Positions 47,146-57,223 of a stretch of 64,000 nt of DNA are shown here, piece after piece; position 1 is the stretch's first letter; the number at the start of each line of letters is the position of its first letter. The notes below the pieces were generated by a model that had not been told where the DNA came from, ran no database searches, and saw only the letters and a program-made list of their open reading frames with translations. The translations under genes and the position numbers were made by a program. The stretch comes from an uncultured Planctomycetota bacterium (lineage in GTDB: Bacteria; Planctomycetota; PLA2; JAEUHO01): positions 832,001 through 896,000 of the forward strand of contig CAVVXN010000001.1 of the NCBI GenBank assembly GCA_963752285.1, in the 5' to 3' direction.

Positions 47146-50100
47146 TCAGGCGCCCGGAGGCCGGTTCAGCTCCGCGGCGAGTCGCCTCGTCGTGTCGCCC
47201 CCAGGGTCGCGCCGCGCGGCGTGCGCTTCCGCGGGTCTCCTCCCGAAGAGCCAGAAGACAGCGGGCGTGAACAGGACGTCGAGGAGCGTGCTCGAGACGA
47301 GCCCGCCGACGATCACCGTCGCGACGGGATAGAGGATCTCGCGGCCCGGCTGTCCGGGCGAGAGCACGATCGGTACGAGGGCGATGCCGCTGGTCAGCGC
47401 GGTCAGGAGGACCGGGAGGATTCGCTGCCGTCCCGCCCGCACGATCGTCTCGACCCCGAACGGCATGCCTTCCTCTCGCATCAGATGGAGGTAGTGGTCG
47501 CGGAGCAGGATCGTGTTGCGCGCCGCGACGCCGCCCAGCGCCACCAGGCCGACGAGGGTGGCTACGGACAGGTTCTGTCCGCTCCACACGACGAAGGCCG
47601 CGGCTCCCAGGAACGACACGGGGATGCTCGCGAGCGTCTGCAGGGCCAGGTTGACCGACCGGAAGTGGAGGTAGAGGACGAAGAACATCACGCCGAGGGC
47701 GGCGAGGAAGAGGACGCCCATGACCCGGGAAGCCTCCTCCTGCGCCTCGAACTGGCCGCTGATGCGAATGGCGTACCCCGGCGGCAGGTCCTGGCGCACG
47801 GGGTCGAGTGCGGTTTCGACGTCCTTCACGACCTCTCCGAGCGAGCGTCCCTCGACGTTGTGTGCGACCACGACGCGTCGCGACAGGTTCTCCCGGCTCA
47901 CGTTGTTGGCGGTCAGTGCGAGACGGACGTCCGCGACGTCCCCGAGGGGCAGCAGGTGACCGTCCGCCGTGCGGACCAGGAGGTTTCGGATGCTCGCGAG
48001 GTTCTTGCGGTCCTTCGCCTCCAGGTGGACCACGATGGGATGGTGGAAGGCTCCCCGGACCAGGCGGGAGACCGCTTCCCCCTCGAGAGCGAGCTCCACC
48101 GTGTTGGCCACGTCCAGGACGGTGAGCCCCAGCCGAGCGAGATCGGCGCGTCGGGGCCGGACCTCCACGCGCTCGACCATCACCTGTGGCTCGGGCAGGA
48201 CGTCGGTGACGCCGGGCAGCGGGCGGATCGCCGCCTCCACCTGCCTTGCGGCGCGACGGAGCACGGCGAGGTCCTCTCCGAAGATCTTGATCGCCACCTG
48301 GGCGTTCACGCCGGAGAGCATGTGGGAGAGCGTGTGCGCCAGGGGCTGCTCCGTCGAGGAGGCGACGCCGGGGAACGCCTCTGCGATCCGCTCCCGGATC
48401 TCCTGGATGACCGCCTCCCGCGAGCGGCTGGAGGCCGGGTCGAAGCTCAAGAGGACGAGGGAGAAGTCCACGTTGTGTGCGTGCTCGTCGCCCTCGGCGC
48501 GACCGGTGGACCGTCCGAGGTGCAGGACGCCGTCCACGCCCCGAATCACGTGCTCGAGTCGGCGCCCGAAGGCGCTCGAGGTATCGAGGCTGGTTCCCGG
48601 CGGCAAGACCAGGTTCACCACCGCCGCGCCCTCGTTGAACGGAGGGAGGAACTCCGTGCCCCGCGTCGCGAGAGCGGCCACGGCCACGACCACCAGCGCC
48701 CCGACGGTCGTGACCGTGGCCACGGGTCGCGCGAGACCAGCGCGGACGAGCCGCTCGGCGCCGCCCCTCAGTCGCCGGACGAGCCAGCCGTCCTCCGCTT
48801 CGACCGCACGGGCGTTCGGCAGGAGCCACGCCGAGAGGACGGGCGTGACCACGACGGCCACGGCGAGCGAGGCCAGGATGCTCACGATGTAGGCGATGCC
48901 GATGGGCGTGAAGAGGCGGCCCTCCATGCCCGAGAGGGCGAAGAGCGGCAGGTAGACGGCCGCCACGACGACCGTGCCGATGAGGATGGGCCTGCGTACC
49001 TCGCTGGACGCGAGGAATACGACGACCGACGACGCGAGGGGGCGGGCCGCTGCGCGGTTCTCCCGGAGCCGCCGGAACACGTTCTCCACTCCGACGATCG
49101 CGTCGTCCACGAGCGAACCGATCGCGACGGCGATCCCGCCCAGCGTCATCGTGTTGATGCTGATGCCCATCGCTGCGAATACGAGCGCGGTCGCCGCGAG
49201 CGAGAGCGGGATCGCCGTGAGCGTGATGACCGTCGTTCGTACGTTCAGCAAGAACAGCACGAGGACGATCACCACCAGCACCGCTCCGTCCCGCACGGCG
49301 TCGAGCACGTTCTCCACCGACCGCTCGATGAAGTCGGCCTGGCGGTAGAGGGACGGCAGCACCTCGAGGTCCGCCGGCAGCGACTCCTGGATCGAGGCGA
49401 GCTCCGAGTCGATCCGCGCGGTCAGAGCGAGCGTGTCCACGTCCGGTTGCTTGGTGATCGTCAGGAGGACGCCGGGGAACCCATCGACCCCCGCGTCGCC
49501 TGTCCGGACCGCCGCCGGGCCGAACTCCACCCGCGCGACGTCCGCCAGGCGAACGGGACGGACCGCGTCGTGGCGGACGACCGCACTCTCGAGGTCTGCG
49601 CGCTCCGCGACGAGCCCGGTCACCGTCACCACCGGGCCGCGCACGCCGAGCGGCATCAGGCCGCCACTGGCGTTCACGTTCGCCTGCCGGATCGCCTCGG
49701 CCACCTCGGCGAGGGTCACGTCATAGGCGCGCAGGAGGTCGGCGTCCACGATCGCCTGGAGCTGACGGGGAGCGCCCCCGGTGCTGACGACTTGGGCCAC
49801 ACCGGGAATCGACAGGAGTCGCAGCTTGATCCGCTGGTCCACGAGCGCACGGATCTCGGTGGGGTCGGTGTCTCCGGACCGGCTCCGGATTCCGATCTGT
49901 TGGATCTGCCCCATGAGGCTCGAGATGGGCGCGAGGTGCGGGGTCGCTTCGGGCGGCAGGTGCGTGCCCGCGACCTGGACCTTCTCCTGCACGATCTGCC
50001 GGTTCCGGTAGACGTCCGTGCCCCAGTCGAACTCGACCCACACGACGGAGAGTCCCATCCCGGAGCTCGACCGGACCCGGAGCACGCCCGTCGCGCCGTT

Positions 50101-50319
50101 CACCGCCTGCTCGACGTAGCGCGTCACGAATCGCTCGACGTCCTCGGGCACCATGCCGTGGACCTCGGTCATCACGGTCACGGTAGGTCGGTTGAGGTCG
50201 GGGAGGACGTCCACGGGCAGGCGAAGCGCGGTCCACGTGCCCAGCGCCGCGACGGCGAGAGCCGCCACGGCGACCAGCACGCGGTTTCGCAGCGCAAAGG
50301 CGATGATGCGGTCGAGCAT
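47146..50319 (-). CDS. CusA/CzcA family heavy-metal RND permease
   Basis: GGAGG RBS. LPVDVLPDLNRPTV, INTMTLGGIAVAIGSLVDDAIV, GMEGRLF, EFLPPFNEG and PVLLTAL. Confidence 0.93.
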   Translation of the reverse strand: MLDRIIAFALRNRVLVAVAALAVAALGTWTALRLPVDVLPDLNRPTVTVMTEVHGMVPEDVERFVTRYVEQAVNGATGVLRVRSSSGMGLSVVWVEFDWGTDVYRNRQIVQEKVQVAGTHLPPEATPHLAPISSLMGQIQQIGIRSRSGDTDPTEIRALVDQRIKLRLLSIPGVAQVVSTGGAPRQLQAIVDADLLRAYDVTLAEVAEAIRQANVNASGGLMPLGVRGPVVTVTGLVAERADLESAVVRHDAVRPVRLADVARVEFGPAAVRTGDAGVDGFPGVLLTITKQPDVDTLALTARIDSELASIQESLPADLEVLPSLYRQADFIERSVENVLDAVRDGAVLVVIVLVLFLLNVRTTVITLTAIPLSLAATALVFAAMGISINTMTLGGIAVAIGSLVDDAIVGVENVFRRLRENRAAARPLASSVVVFLASSEVRRPILIGTVVVAAVYLPLFALSGMEGRLFTPIGIAYIVSILASLAVAVVVTPVLSAWLLPNARAVEAEDGWLVRRLRGGAERLVRAGLARPVATVTTVGALVVVAVAALATRGTEFLPPFNEGAAVVNLVLPPGTSLDTSSAFGRRLEHVIRGVDGVLHLGRSTGRAEGDEHAHNVDFSLVLLSFDPASSRSREAVIQEIRERIAEAFPGVASSTEQPLAHTLSHMLSGVNAQVAIKIFGEDLAVLRRAARQVEAAIRPLPGVTDVLPEPQVMVERVEVRPRRADLARLGLTVLDVANTVELALEGEAVSRLVRGAFHHPIVVHLEAKDRKNLASIRNLLVRTADGHLLPLGDVADVRLALTANNVSRENLSRRVVVAHNVEGRSLGEVVKDVETALDPVRQDLPPGYAIRISGQFEAQEEASRVMGVLFLAALGVMFFVLYLHFRSVNLALQTLASIPVSFLGAAAFVVWSGQNLSVATLVGLVALGGVAARNTILLRDHYLHLMREEGMPFGVETIVRAGRQRILPVLLTALTSGIALVPIVLSPGQPGREILYPVATVIVGGLVSSTLLDVLFTPAVFWLFGRRPAEAHAARRDPGGDTTRRLAAELNRPPGA

Positions 50320-50333
50320 GTCCTCCTCCGCGC

Positions 50334-52013
50334 TCAGTGCACGTGGCCCGCGTGCGGGTCGGCCCCGGCGGACGCGCCTCGCTGAAGCGCCATCCCGAGC
50401 GCGAAGGCCCCGCGCACCACGACCGTCTCCCCCTCGACCAGGCTCCCGTCGTCGGCCACGACCGCGACCTCCTCGTCGGCGTACTCGACGTGCACGGGCT
50501 GGGGCTCGAAGTGCTCTCCGTGCCTGCGGAAGACCACGGGAGACGGCCCGTCGTACGTGAGCGCGTCCGCGGGCAGGACGTACCGGCCCGGTAGGCGCTC
50601 CGCAGGCACGCGCACCAGGTATCGGAGGCCCACACGGAGCTGCCAGCTCCGACAGGACGCCTCGACGGTGCAGGGCGCCGAGACGTTCGCGACGGTCGCG
50701 AGGGCGATGCCGCCCCTGTCGGCGAGGTCGCCCTGGATCTGCATGCGCAGGAGTCGAATCCCGTCGATCGACGGCCCGGAGCCGGGAAGGACGGGCACGG
50801 CGGCGAGCGCCGCCCCGCCCTCGACGGCGCGCGCGACGAGGGCGATCTCGTGCCCGACGGGCTCGAGCCGCAGCCACATCTCGCGCGCGTCGTAGAGCCC
50901 GATCACCTCGGCGCCCGGCTCCACGCGCTGCCCGACCCGGGCCTGGACCTCCTCGACGTCCCAGTCGCCCGCGCCGCCGATCGGCGCGCGAAGGACGAGC
51001 GTCGGCTCGAACGCGCCACCGCGCGCGAGGAGGCGCACGGTCTCGAGGGGCGTCCCGTCGAGAAGCAGGCTCGCGACCTCGGCGAAGTGGGCGCGCGCGC
51101 CCGCCGTCTCCTCGAGGGCCGCCACGAGCTCCGGCGTGGCCAGCCCCGACGCCGTGAGCTCCCCGATCGCGGCGACCAGCCACGGCAGGTCCCGCTGCGC
51201 TTCTGGGAGCGCGAGGCGAACGCGTTCGGCCGCGTCGCCCCACAGCCCGTTCCTTTCGAGGGCGCGCCGCCAGAGGTGCGGGTTCCCGGGCGTCGCTCCG
51301 TCCCCCGACCCGACGCGGTCGATCTCGTCGTCCGACAGCCCGTGGGCTCGGAGCTCGTGTCGTGCGCTCTCGATCTGCTGTCGATACCGCGCGACCTCGT
51401 ACCGGAGGTCGATCTCGGCCTTGCGCGGCACCGTGTGGTCCTCGACGAACGGCCCGATGCGCTCGAGCTCGCTCTCCGCCACCGCGAGCTGGCTCTGGGA
51501 GGTGCAGAGCGCGCGTGCCGCCTCGTGTACGGCCTCGTCGACGGGCATGAGGAGGCTCGCCGTGAGGTGGGGTCGCGGACGCGGGATCGGGTCGCGTGCC
51601 AGCGTCACGAGAGGCGCACCCGCGGCCACGAGCTGTCCGGTCTCCACGTGGACCCGCGTGACGATGCCGCCGAGCGGTGCGACGACCGGAACGCGATTGA
51701 GAGGTCGGTCCACGACGACCGCCTGCACCTGGTGGAATTGGACGAAGTCCGACCTCCGGGTCGTAGCGACCTCGACGCCGAGGCTGGCAAGCGTCTGCAA
51801 AGGGAGCGCAATGACGTGCTCCTCTCCCTCCCCGTGCGCCTCGGCCGCGTCCCCGTGTGCCGTATGCGCCGAGGCCTCTTCGTGCTCCGGGTGCACGTCG
51901 TGGACCGCGCCGATCTCGGGGCCGGGTGGTCGTCCCGCGCCGAGCCAGCGGCCGGCCGCCAGCCCGAGGCCGGTCAGGCAGATGCCGAAAGCGATCTGGA
52001 GAAACGGTCTCAT
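50334..52013 (-). CDS. RND membrane fusion protein (CzcB/CusB-like), His-rich termini
   Basis: APLGGIVTRVHVETGQLV..G.PL, LRAP and LPADAL. His-rich N-region and C-terminal DPHAGHVH. Lies between the OMF and RND genes. Confidence 0.85.
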   Translation of the reverse strand: MRPFLQIAFGICLTGLGLAAGRWLGAGRPPGPEIGAVHDVHPEHEEASAHTAHGDAAEAHGEGEEHVIALPLQTLASLGVEVATTRRSDFVQFHQVQAVVVDRPLNRVPVVAPLGGIVTRVHVETGQLVAAGAPLVTLARDPIPRPRPHLTASLLMPVDEAVHEAARALCTSQSQLAVAESELERIGPFVEDHTVPRKAEIDLRYEVARYRQQIESARHELRAHGLSDDEIDRVGSGDGATPGNPHLWRRALERNGLWGDAAERVRLALPEAQRDLPWLVAAIGELTASGLATPELVAALEETAGARAHFAEVASLLLDGTPLETVRLLARGGAFEPTLVLRAPIGGAGDWDVEEVQARVGQRVEPGAEVIGLYDAREMWLRLEPVGHEIALVARAVEGGAALAAVPVLPGSGPSIDGIRLLRMQIQGDLADRGGIALATVANVSAPCTVEASCRSWQLRVGLRYLVRVPAERLPGRYVLPADALTYDGPSPVVFRRHGEHFEPQPVHVEYADEEVAVVADDGSLVEGETVVVRGAFALGMALQRGASAGADPHAGHVH

Positions 52014-53431
52014 CGGGGTTCCTCGCCTCCGTGCTCGCCAGGCCCCATCGAAGAGCGACCCGGCTCGGTCTCGAAACGCAGAAGCGGCGCGCCGACCGCC
52101 TCTTCGAGCGCGCTCCACGCCGCGTAGAGGTCCCTGCGGCTCGTGAGGTGCGTGACGCGTGCGCGGCGCGTCGAGCGGAGCACCTCGAGGTAGCGCAGCA
52201 TCTCGAACGCGCCGGTGCGCTCGAGCACGCTCCGCGCGATCGCGTCGGTCTCCGTGGCGCGTGCGAGGGCGTCGTCGTAGAGCGCGAGGCGCCTCGAGCG
52301 CGCTTCCACCACGGAGCGCGCACGGTCCACGTCGGCGAGGACGCCCGCGAGCGCGGCTTCGAAGCGCTCCCGGACCTCGGCACGGCGCGCGCGGGCTTCG
52401 GCGATGCCGACCTGGTTCCGGTCGAGGATCGGGACCTCGATCGAGAGGGGCAGCCCGAGCTTCCCGCCGTCATCCTCCTCGTACGTGACGCCGGCGCCGA
52501 GCTCGGGCCACGCGCGGGCCACCTCCAGCCGAAGCTGCGCCTCGGCCAGGAGATAGGCGGCGCGCAGGCGCACGAGCGCGGGGTGGTGCGCCAGCGCGAC
52601 ACGCGTGAGCGCGTCCGCGTCGGGCACGGCGCCGGGAAGTCGCGGGACCTCGGTCGGGCCGTGCGGGGTCCCCGCGCCTCCTACGCCGAGGCGCCGGCCG
52701 AGCGCGCCGCGGGCCTCGGCGATCGACGCTTCGGCGTCCCAGAGATCCGCGCGCGTCTCGGCGGCCTCGAGTCGCAGCAGGGCGACGTCCAGGGTCGTCG
52801 CGGCGCCGGCGTCCACCGCCTGCCCCGCGCTCTCGACGGCGCGGTCGGCGGCGTCGGCGAGCCCGCGTCGCGCCGCGGCCACCTCCACGAGGACGCCGAC
52901 GGCGACGTACTCGCCCCGAAGCGCGAGGTACTGCTCGCGCTCGACGGCCCCCGCTTCGGCGCGCGCGGCTTCGGCCGCGACGCGGCTTGCGTGGTCGGCG
53001 AGCGCACGCGTGTCGGCGAGAAGTACCCGGAAGCCGAGTGCGGCGTCCACGCCGACCCGAACGCTCTCGAGGAGGCTCGGACCGAAGAGCAACGGCCCGA
53101 GGTCGATCGTCGGGTTCGGTCCGGGCGTGCGCACGCTGGCGCGCGCCTGCGCCGACCGGAACACGGCGCGGGCCGCCCTTACCTCCGGGTTGTGCTCGTG
53201 GAGGAGGGCGGCCGCGTCGGCCAGGCCGAGGGGCGCCTCCGGGTGAGCGGGGACGCGGGTTGCACGCACACGGGCGAGCGCCTCCCCTTCGTCGAGCGGG
53301 CGGGGCGCGGCGCGAGGACGTGCGCAGGCGACGACGAGGCCGAACGAGACGAGAATCGCGAGCGAGGCGAGCGACCAGGCACGGGGACCTGCGCGGGGGA
53401 CCGCGGCACGCCCCCGGGGGCGGTGCGACAT
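52010..53431 (-). CDS. TolC/CzcC family outer membrane factor
   Basis: Lipobox-like VVAC. HNPEVRAAR, PNPTI, HHPALVR and VPILDRNQ. Confidence 0.88.
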   Translation of the reverse strand: MSHRPRGRAAVPRAGPRAWSLASLAILVSFGLVVACARPRAAPRPLDEGEALARVRATRVPAHPEAPLGLADAAALLHEHNPEVRAARAVFRSAQARASVRTPGPNPTIDLGPLLFGPSLLESVRVGVDAALGFRVLLADTRALADHASRVAAEAARAEAGAVEREQYLALRGEYVAVGVLVEVAAARRGLADAADRAVESAGQAVDAGAATTLDVALLRLEAAETRADLWDAEASIAEARGALGRRLGVGGAGTPHGPTEVPRLPGAVPDADALTRVALAHHPALVRLRAAYLLAEAQLRLEVARAWPELGAGVTYEEDDGGKLGLPLSIEVPILDRNQVGIAEARARRAEVRERFEAALAGVLADVDRARSVVEARSRRLALYDDALARATETDAIARSVLERTGAFEMLRYLEVLRSTRRARVTHLTSRRDLYAAWSALEEAVGAPLLRFETEPGRSSMGPGEHGGEEPR

Positions 53432-53486
53432 GACGGCTCCTCGATGGACGACGGGACGACGCGGAGGGGGCGGTCGAGCCGTCGGC

Positions 53487-53876
53487 TCAGAGGAGCAGGC
53501 GCACGGAGCAAAGCGCCCGGCGCGACTCGCACGGGGCCAGGAGACGCGCCGCGCGGTTCACGAGCAGGAGCGAGGTCGTCGGGAGCGCGGGCCAGGCGTC
53601 GGGTCGCGCGGCGTGGGGCTTGAAGACCGGGGCCGGCGTGCGCCCGGGCACGAGCGCCGACGCGAACCGCTCGTGAGAGCCGTGCTCGGGGGCGTCCCGC
53701 CCAGGGCCGCCGTTCCGGTCGCCGGCGTGGACGGCAGCGGACGCGTCGTGGCAGCGGTGCCCGTCCAGTCCGAAGACGGCGATCGTCAGAGACTGGCAGT
53801 CGGAGCGGCAAACGAGCATCGGCACCTGGAGGAGCACCAGGGCCAGCAGCGCAATATGGGTTCCCGCCCGACGCAC
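53487..53876 (-). CDS. Small Cys/His-containing exported protein leading the metal-efflux operon
   Basis: Hydrophobic N-terminus, CRSDC, HRCH, EHGSHE and C-terminal SVRLLL. Located directly upstream of the OMF. Confidence 0.55.
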   Translation of the reverse strand: MRRAGTHIALLALVLLQVPMLVCRSDCQSLTIAVFGLDGHRCHDASAAVHAGDRNGGPGRDAPEHGSHERFASALVPGRTPAPVFKPHAARPDAWPALPTTSLLLVNRAARLLAPCESRRALCSVRLLL

Positions 53877-53904
53877 GCCGGGATCATGCCCGAAGGTGGC
53901 GGGG

Positions 53905-56190
53905 TCAGCTCGAAACGAGCAGGAGGGTGTGGTCGGACGCGTCGAGGAGGCCCGCGGCGAGGCTCCCGAACGAGAGCGCCTCGCCGGGGCGCCGGCTCAC
54001 CCCGAGCACGACGAGCGCGGGCGTGGCCGACCCTGCCGCCTTCTGGATGGCTTCGTGCGTGTCGCCCTTCGCCACCTTGCGGCGGACCTCCACGTCGAAG
54101 TAGGTCGAGAGACGCTCCATCTCGCGAAGGATCTCCTGGTCGTCCCGCCGCGCGTGGCGTCCCTCCTCCTTCCGTTTCGCGCCGGCGCTCGCGATGGAGA
54201 GGGCCGTGAGCCTCGCGCTCGCGGCCTGGGCCAGGGCCAGCGCGACCTCCGCGCCGCGGAGCGAGGCGCCGGACCCGGTGATCGGGACCACGATCTCGAT
54301 GGCCTGGCCGAGCGGGTCCGCCGCGAACGCACCGCGCGCGAGCGCGATGGCGAGCGACCCCTCGAAGCTCCGCGCCACCTCGGAGAGCTTCGGGTCGAAG
54401 CCGCCCTTCCGGGTCGTCGCTGGCTCCATGCCGATCACGAGGAGGTCGTAGCCCTTCTCGGCCTCCGACTGCACGGCCTCGGCGGGCGGCGCGTCGTTCA
54501 CGTGGGCGGTCACCTCGACCTCCGGCGGACGGTCCTCGGCATCCTCGCCCTTCGCCCCGGCCTGCTCGGCCGCGCCGTGCACCACCGACCGGGCGCCCTC
54601 GAGGAGCTCCTCCGCCTGGTGCTCCTCGACGGGGCCCTCGCCGTCCGGGAGCTGGAGCACCGTCACGGGCATCCCGCGTCGCCCGGCGAGGAGTCCGGCG
54701 AGGCGGGCGGCGAGCTTCCCGCTCGGCGTGCCGTCCACCGTGAGGAGCACACGTTCCATGTTCGGGACGAACCCCTTCTCCTCGAAGGCCTCGCGTTCGA
54801 GCCGCTTCTTCTCCTCGCCCTCGAGGGGCAGTCGGCGGAGGGCCCAGCGGAGCGTGGGCGGCATGAGGGTCGTCGTGACGAGGGCCATCGTCACGATCAT
54901 CGTGAAGAGGTCCTGGCTCAGCACGCCGAGAGAGAGGCCGATCGTCGCGACGATCACCTCGGTCGAGCCCCGCGCGTTCATCCCGGCGGCGAGCGCGGTC
55001 GCTTCGCGGCGCCGGAGGCCGCCGAACCAGCCGCCGGCGAACGCGCCCGCGGCCTTGCCGACGCTCGCGATCAGGAGGAGCGCGCCCGTCAGGAGGAGAA
55101 GACGCGGGTCGGCGAGGATGGTCAGGTCGGCGTGGAGGCCCGCCGCGCCGAAGAACACGGGCATGAACAGGCCGGTCACGAGCCCGCGGATCTGCCCGTC
55201 GATCTCGCGCGTGAGGATGGGGGACTGGCCGACGAGGATGCCCGCCACGAACGCGCCGAGCACGGTGTGCACGCCGAGGACGTGGGTCACGAGCGCCATC
55301 GCGCCCATGACCACGAGGATCGCGGCGATGACCGGCGCCTCGCTCACGAAGTGGTCGTTCGTCACGCGGATCACGCGGAACACGAGTCTCCGGCCGATCG
55401 TGAAGCTCAGCACGAGGAAGGCCACCGTGCCGAGAACGCTCCGTCCGAGGATCCACGCGTCGAACTGGCCGTGCTCGGCGAGACCGAAGATGATCGCGAT
55501 GATGATCCACCCGATCGTGTCGTCCACGATGGCCGACGCGAGGATGACCTGCCCGATGTTCCGGCGCACGAAGTCCATCTCGCGCACGACCGTCGCGACG
55601 ATCTTGACCGACGAGATCGAGAGCGCCGTCCCGAGGAAGAGCGACGCGAGGAGACGTTGATCGGGCTCCGGGAGGAGGCTCGCGGGCACGACCTGGCCCA
55701 GCGCGAACCCGGCTGCGAAGGGGAGCGCGATGCCGGCCACCGACGCGCTCACGGCCGCCCGCCGGACCTTCCGGAGCAGCGAGAGGTCGGTCTCCATGCC
55801 CGCGAGCAGGAGGAGCAGGAGGATCCCGACCTGGGCGACGCCGTCGAGCATGGCGCGTTGCGCGGGCTCGTCGGGGAAGATCGCGTGTTGCCCCGACGGC
55901 CAGAGGAGCCCGAGGACCGACGGGCCGAGGAGCACGCCGGCGAGGAGCTGGCCCATCACCACGGGCTGGCCGACGCGTTGGAGCCCCTCGCCGAGGAGCC
56001 GGCCCGTGAAGATCAGGAGCGTGACCTCGAGGACGAGCACGGCTTCCGACGGCCCGGGCTTCGCGCCGGCGTCGGGGCTCGCGGCGGCGAACGCCGCGCC
56101 GGCGAGGAACAGGAGGAGGCCCAGGGCGAGGAGGAGGGTCCCTCGCGTCGAGGATCGGTCCCTGCCCACCGCGCCGCCCGCTCCGCGCAC
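53905..56190 (-). CDS. Cation:proton antiporter (CPA2) with C-terminal universal-stress-protein domains
   Basis: GQPVVMGQLLAGVLLGPS, AIVDDTIGW, FMPVFF and MNARG. USP end FGSLAAGLLDASDHTLLLV. Start approximate. Confidence 0.9.
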   Translation of the reverse strand: MRGAGGAVGRDRSSTRGTLLLALGLLLFLAGAAFAAASPDAGAKPGPSEAVLVLEVTLLIFTGRLLGEGLQRVGQPVVMGQLLAGVLLGPSVLGLLWPSGQHAIFPDEPAQRAMLDGVAQVGILLLLLLAGMETDLSLLRKVRRAAVSASVAGIALPFAAGFALGQVVPASLLPEPDQRLLASLFLGTALSISSVKIVATVVREMDFVRRNIGQVILASAIVDDTIGWIIIAIIFGLAEHGQFDAWILGRSVLGTVAFLVLSFTIGRRLVFRVIRVTNDHFVSEAPVIAAILVVMGAMALVTHVLGVHTVLGAFVAGILVGQSPILTREIDGQIRGLVTGLFMPVFFGAAGLHADLTILADPRLLLLTGALLLIASVGKAAGAFAGGWFGGLRRREATALAAGMNARGSTEVIVATIGLSLGVLSQDLFTMIVTMALVTTTLMPPTLRWALRRLPLEGEEKKRLEREAFEEKGFVPNMERVLLTVDGTPSGKLAARLAGLLAGRRGMPVTVLQLPDGEGPVEEHQAEELLEGARSVVHGAAEQAGAKGEDAEDRPPEVEVTAHVNDAPPAEAVQSEAEKGYDLLVIGMEPATTRKGGFDPKLSEVARSFEGSLAIALARGAFAADPLGQAIEIVVPITGSGASLRGAEVALALAQAASARLTALSIASAGAKRKEEGRHARRDDQEILREMERLSTYFDVEVRRKVAKGDTHEAIQKAAGSATPALVVLGVSRRPGEALSFGSLAAGLLDASDHTLLLVSS

Positions 56191-56340
56191 GAGAACCTCC
56201 GGCGCGACCGCCGCGCGCCGGCGCTTCTATCAGGACCCCTCCGGTTGCGAGGCCACGCCGACGGGCGCTCCTCGGCCGCGGGCCAAGAGCCCCGGCGCCG
56301 CAGCCGGCCGAAGCCCCGGACTCGATTCCTTCCCAGGCGC

Positions 56341-57093
56341 TCAGTGGGTGGGTACGGCCAGGAGGCGTCGGGTCGGGATGACGAAGAGGAAGCTCGGGCC
56401 CGACACGTGGAGGTCCGCGACGCCGCGCGCCGCGAGGTGCTCGGCGTAGTCCGCGACGTGGGCGATGTCGGCGATCAGGATCCTCCCCTTCGGCTTCACG
56501 ACGCGCAGGATCTCGTCGAGCGCGGCCCGGCGGTCGGCGGCGGTCGGGAGGTTGTGGATCGCCCACGTAGAGACGACGGCGTCGAACGTCGCGTCGGGGA
56601 AGGGCAGCGCCAACATGTCGGCGGTGTGGACCTCGATCCGGTCCTCGACGCCTTCGGCGCGCGCGTTCGCGCGCGTCACCTGCTCGTCGTTCCCGCTCTG
56701 GTCCACCGTCCGCCACAGGTCCACGCCGAACGCGCGACCGTCGGGCAGGCGCCTCGCGGCCCCGATCAACATGAGCCCGCGGCCGCACCCGACGTCGAGC
56801 AGGTGCTCGTGGCCCCGCAGGCCGAGCTCCGCGAGCCAGCGGTCGCGGAGGCGAAGCTTCCAAGAGCAGCTCCCGTACACCATCACGCCGGCGGGGACGA
56901 GACACCAGAACGCCGTGAGGATCGCCACGCTCACGAGGATCCGCGCCAGCGCGCTCCCGCCGAGGAGCGCGTGGAGGAGGACGGCCACGACGACGCAGGC
57001 GGCGGCGATCCCGAGGAAGGTGCGAACGACGCCCGGTGCGTCGATCCCGTATCTCGCCCGAGCCCCGGCCTCGCCCGCACGCGCCTGCGCCAT
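56341..57093 (-). CDS. Class I SAM-dependent methyltransferase with N-terminal membrane helices
   Basis: YGIDAP, LLDVGCGRG, DLW..DQSGN, LPFPDATFDAV and RVVKPKG. Confidence 0.9.
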   Translation of the reverse strand: MAQARAGEAGARARYGIDAPGVVRTFLGIAAACVVVAVLLHALLGGSALARILVSVAILTAFWCLVPAGVMVYGSCSWKLRLRDRWLAELGLRGHEHLLDVGCGRGLMLIGAARRLPDGRAFGVDLWRTVDQSGNDEQVTRANARAEGVEDRIEVHTADMLALPFPDATFDAVVSTWAIHNLPTAADRRAALDEILRVVKPKGRILIADIAHVADYAEHLAARGVADLHVSGPSFLFVIPTRRLLAVPTH

Positions 57094-57223
57094 CGACCCT
57101 CCGCCGGCGTTGTAGCCCGGCCGGGTCGAGAGCGTCAACGAGCCGAGGGGGCTCCCGCCCGCCGCACCGCGCTCGCGGTCGTCGGGGCGCCACGGGCCGA
57201 GGTCGGGACCGGTCCCGTGGCGG

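Noticed and set aside
47146..52602. 1818-aa RND fusion protein as listed in the ORF track
   Set aside because: The true start is ATG 50319 with an RBS. The upstream part is an alternative frame over the MFP and OMF genes.
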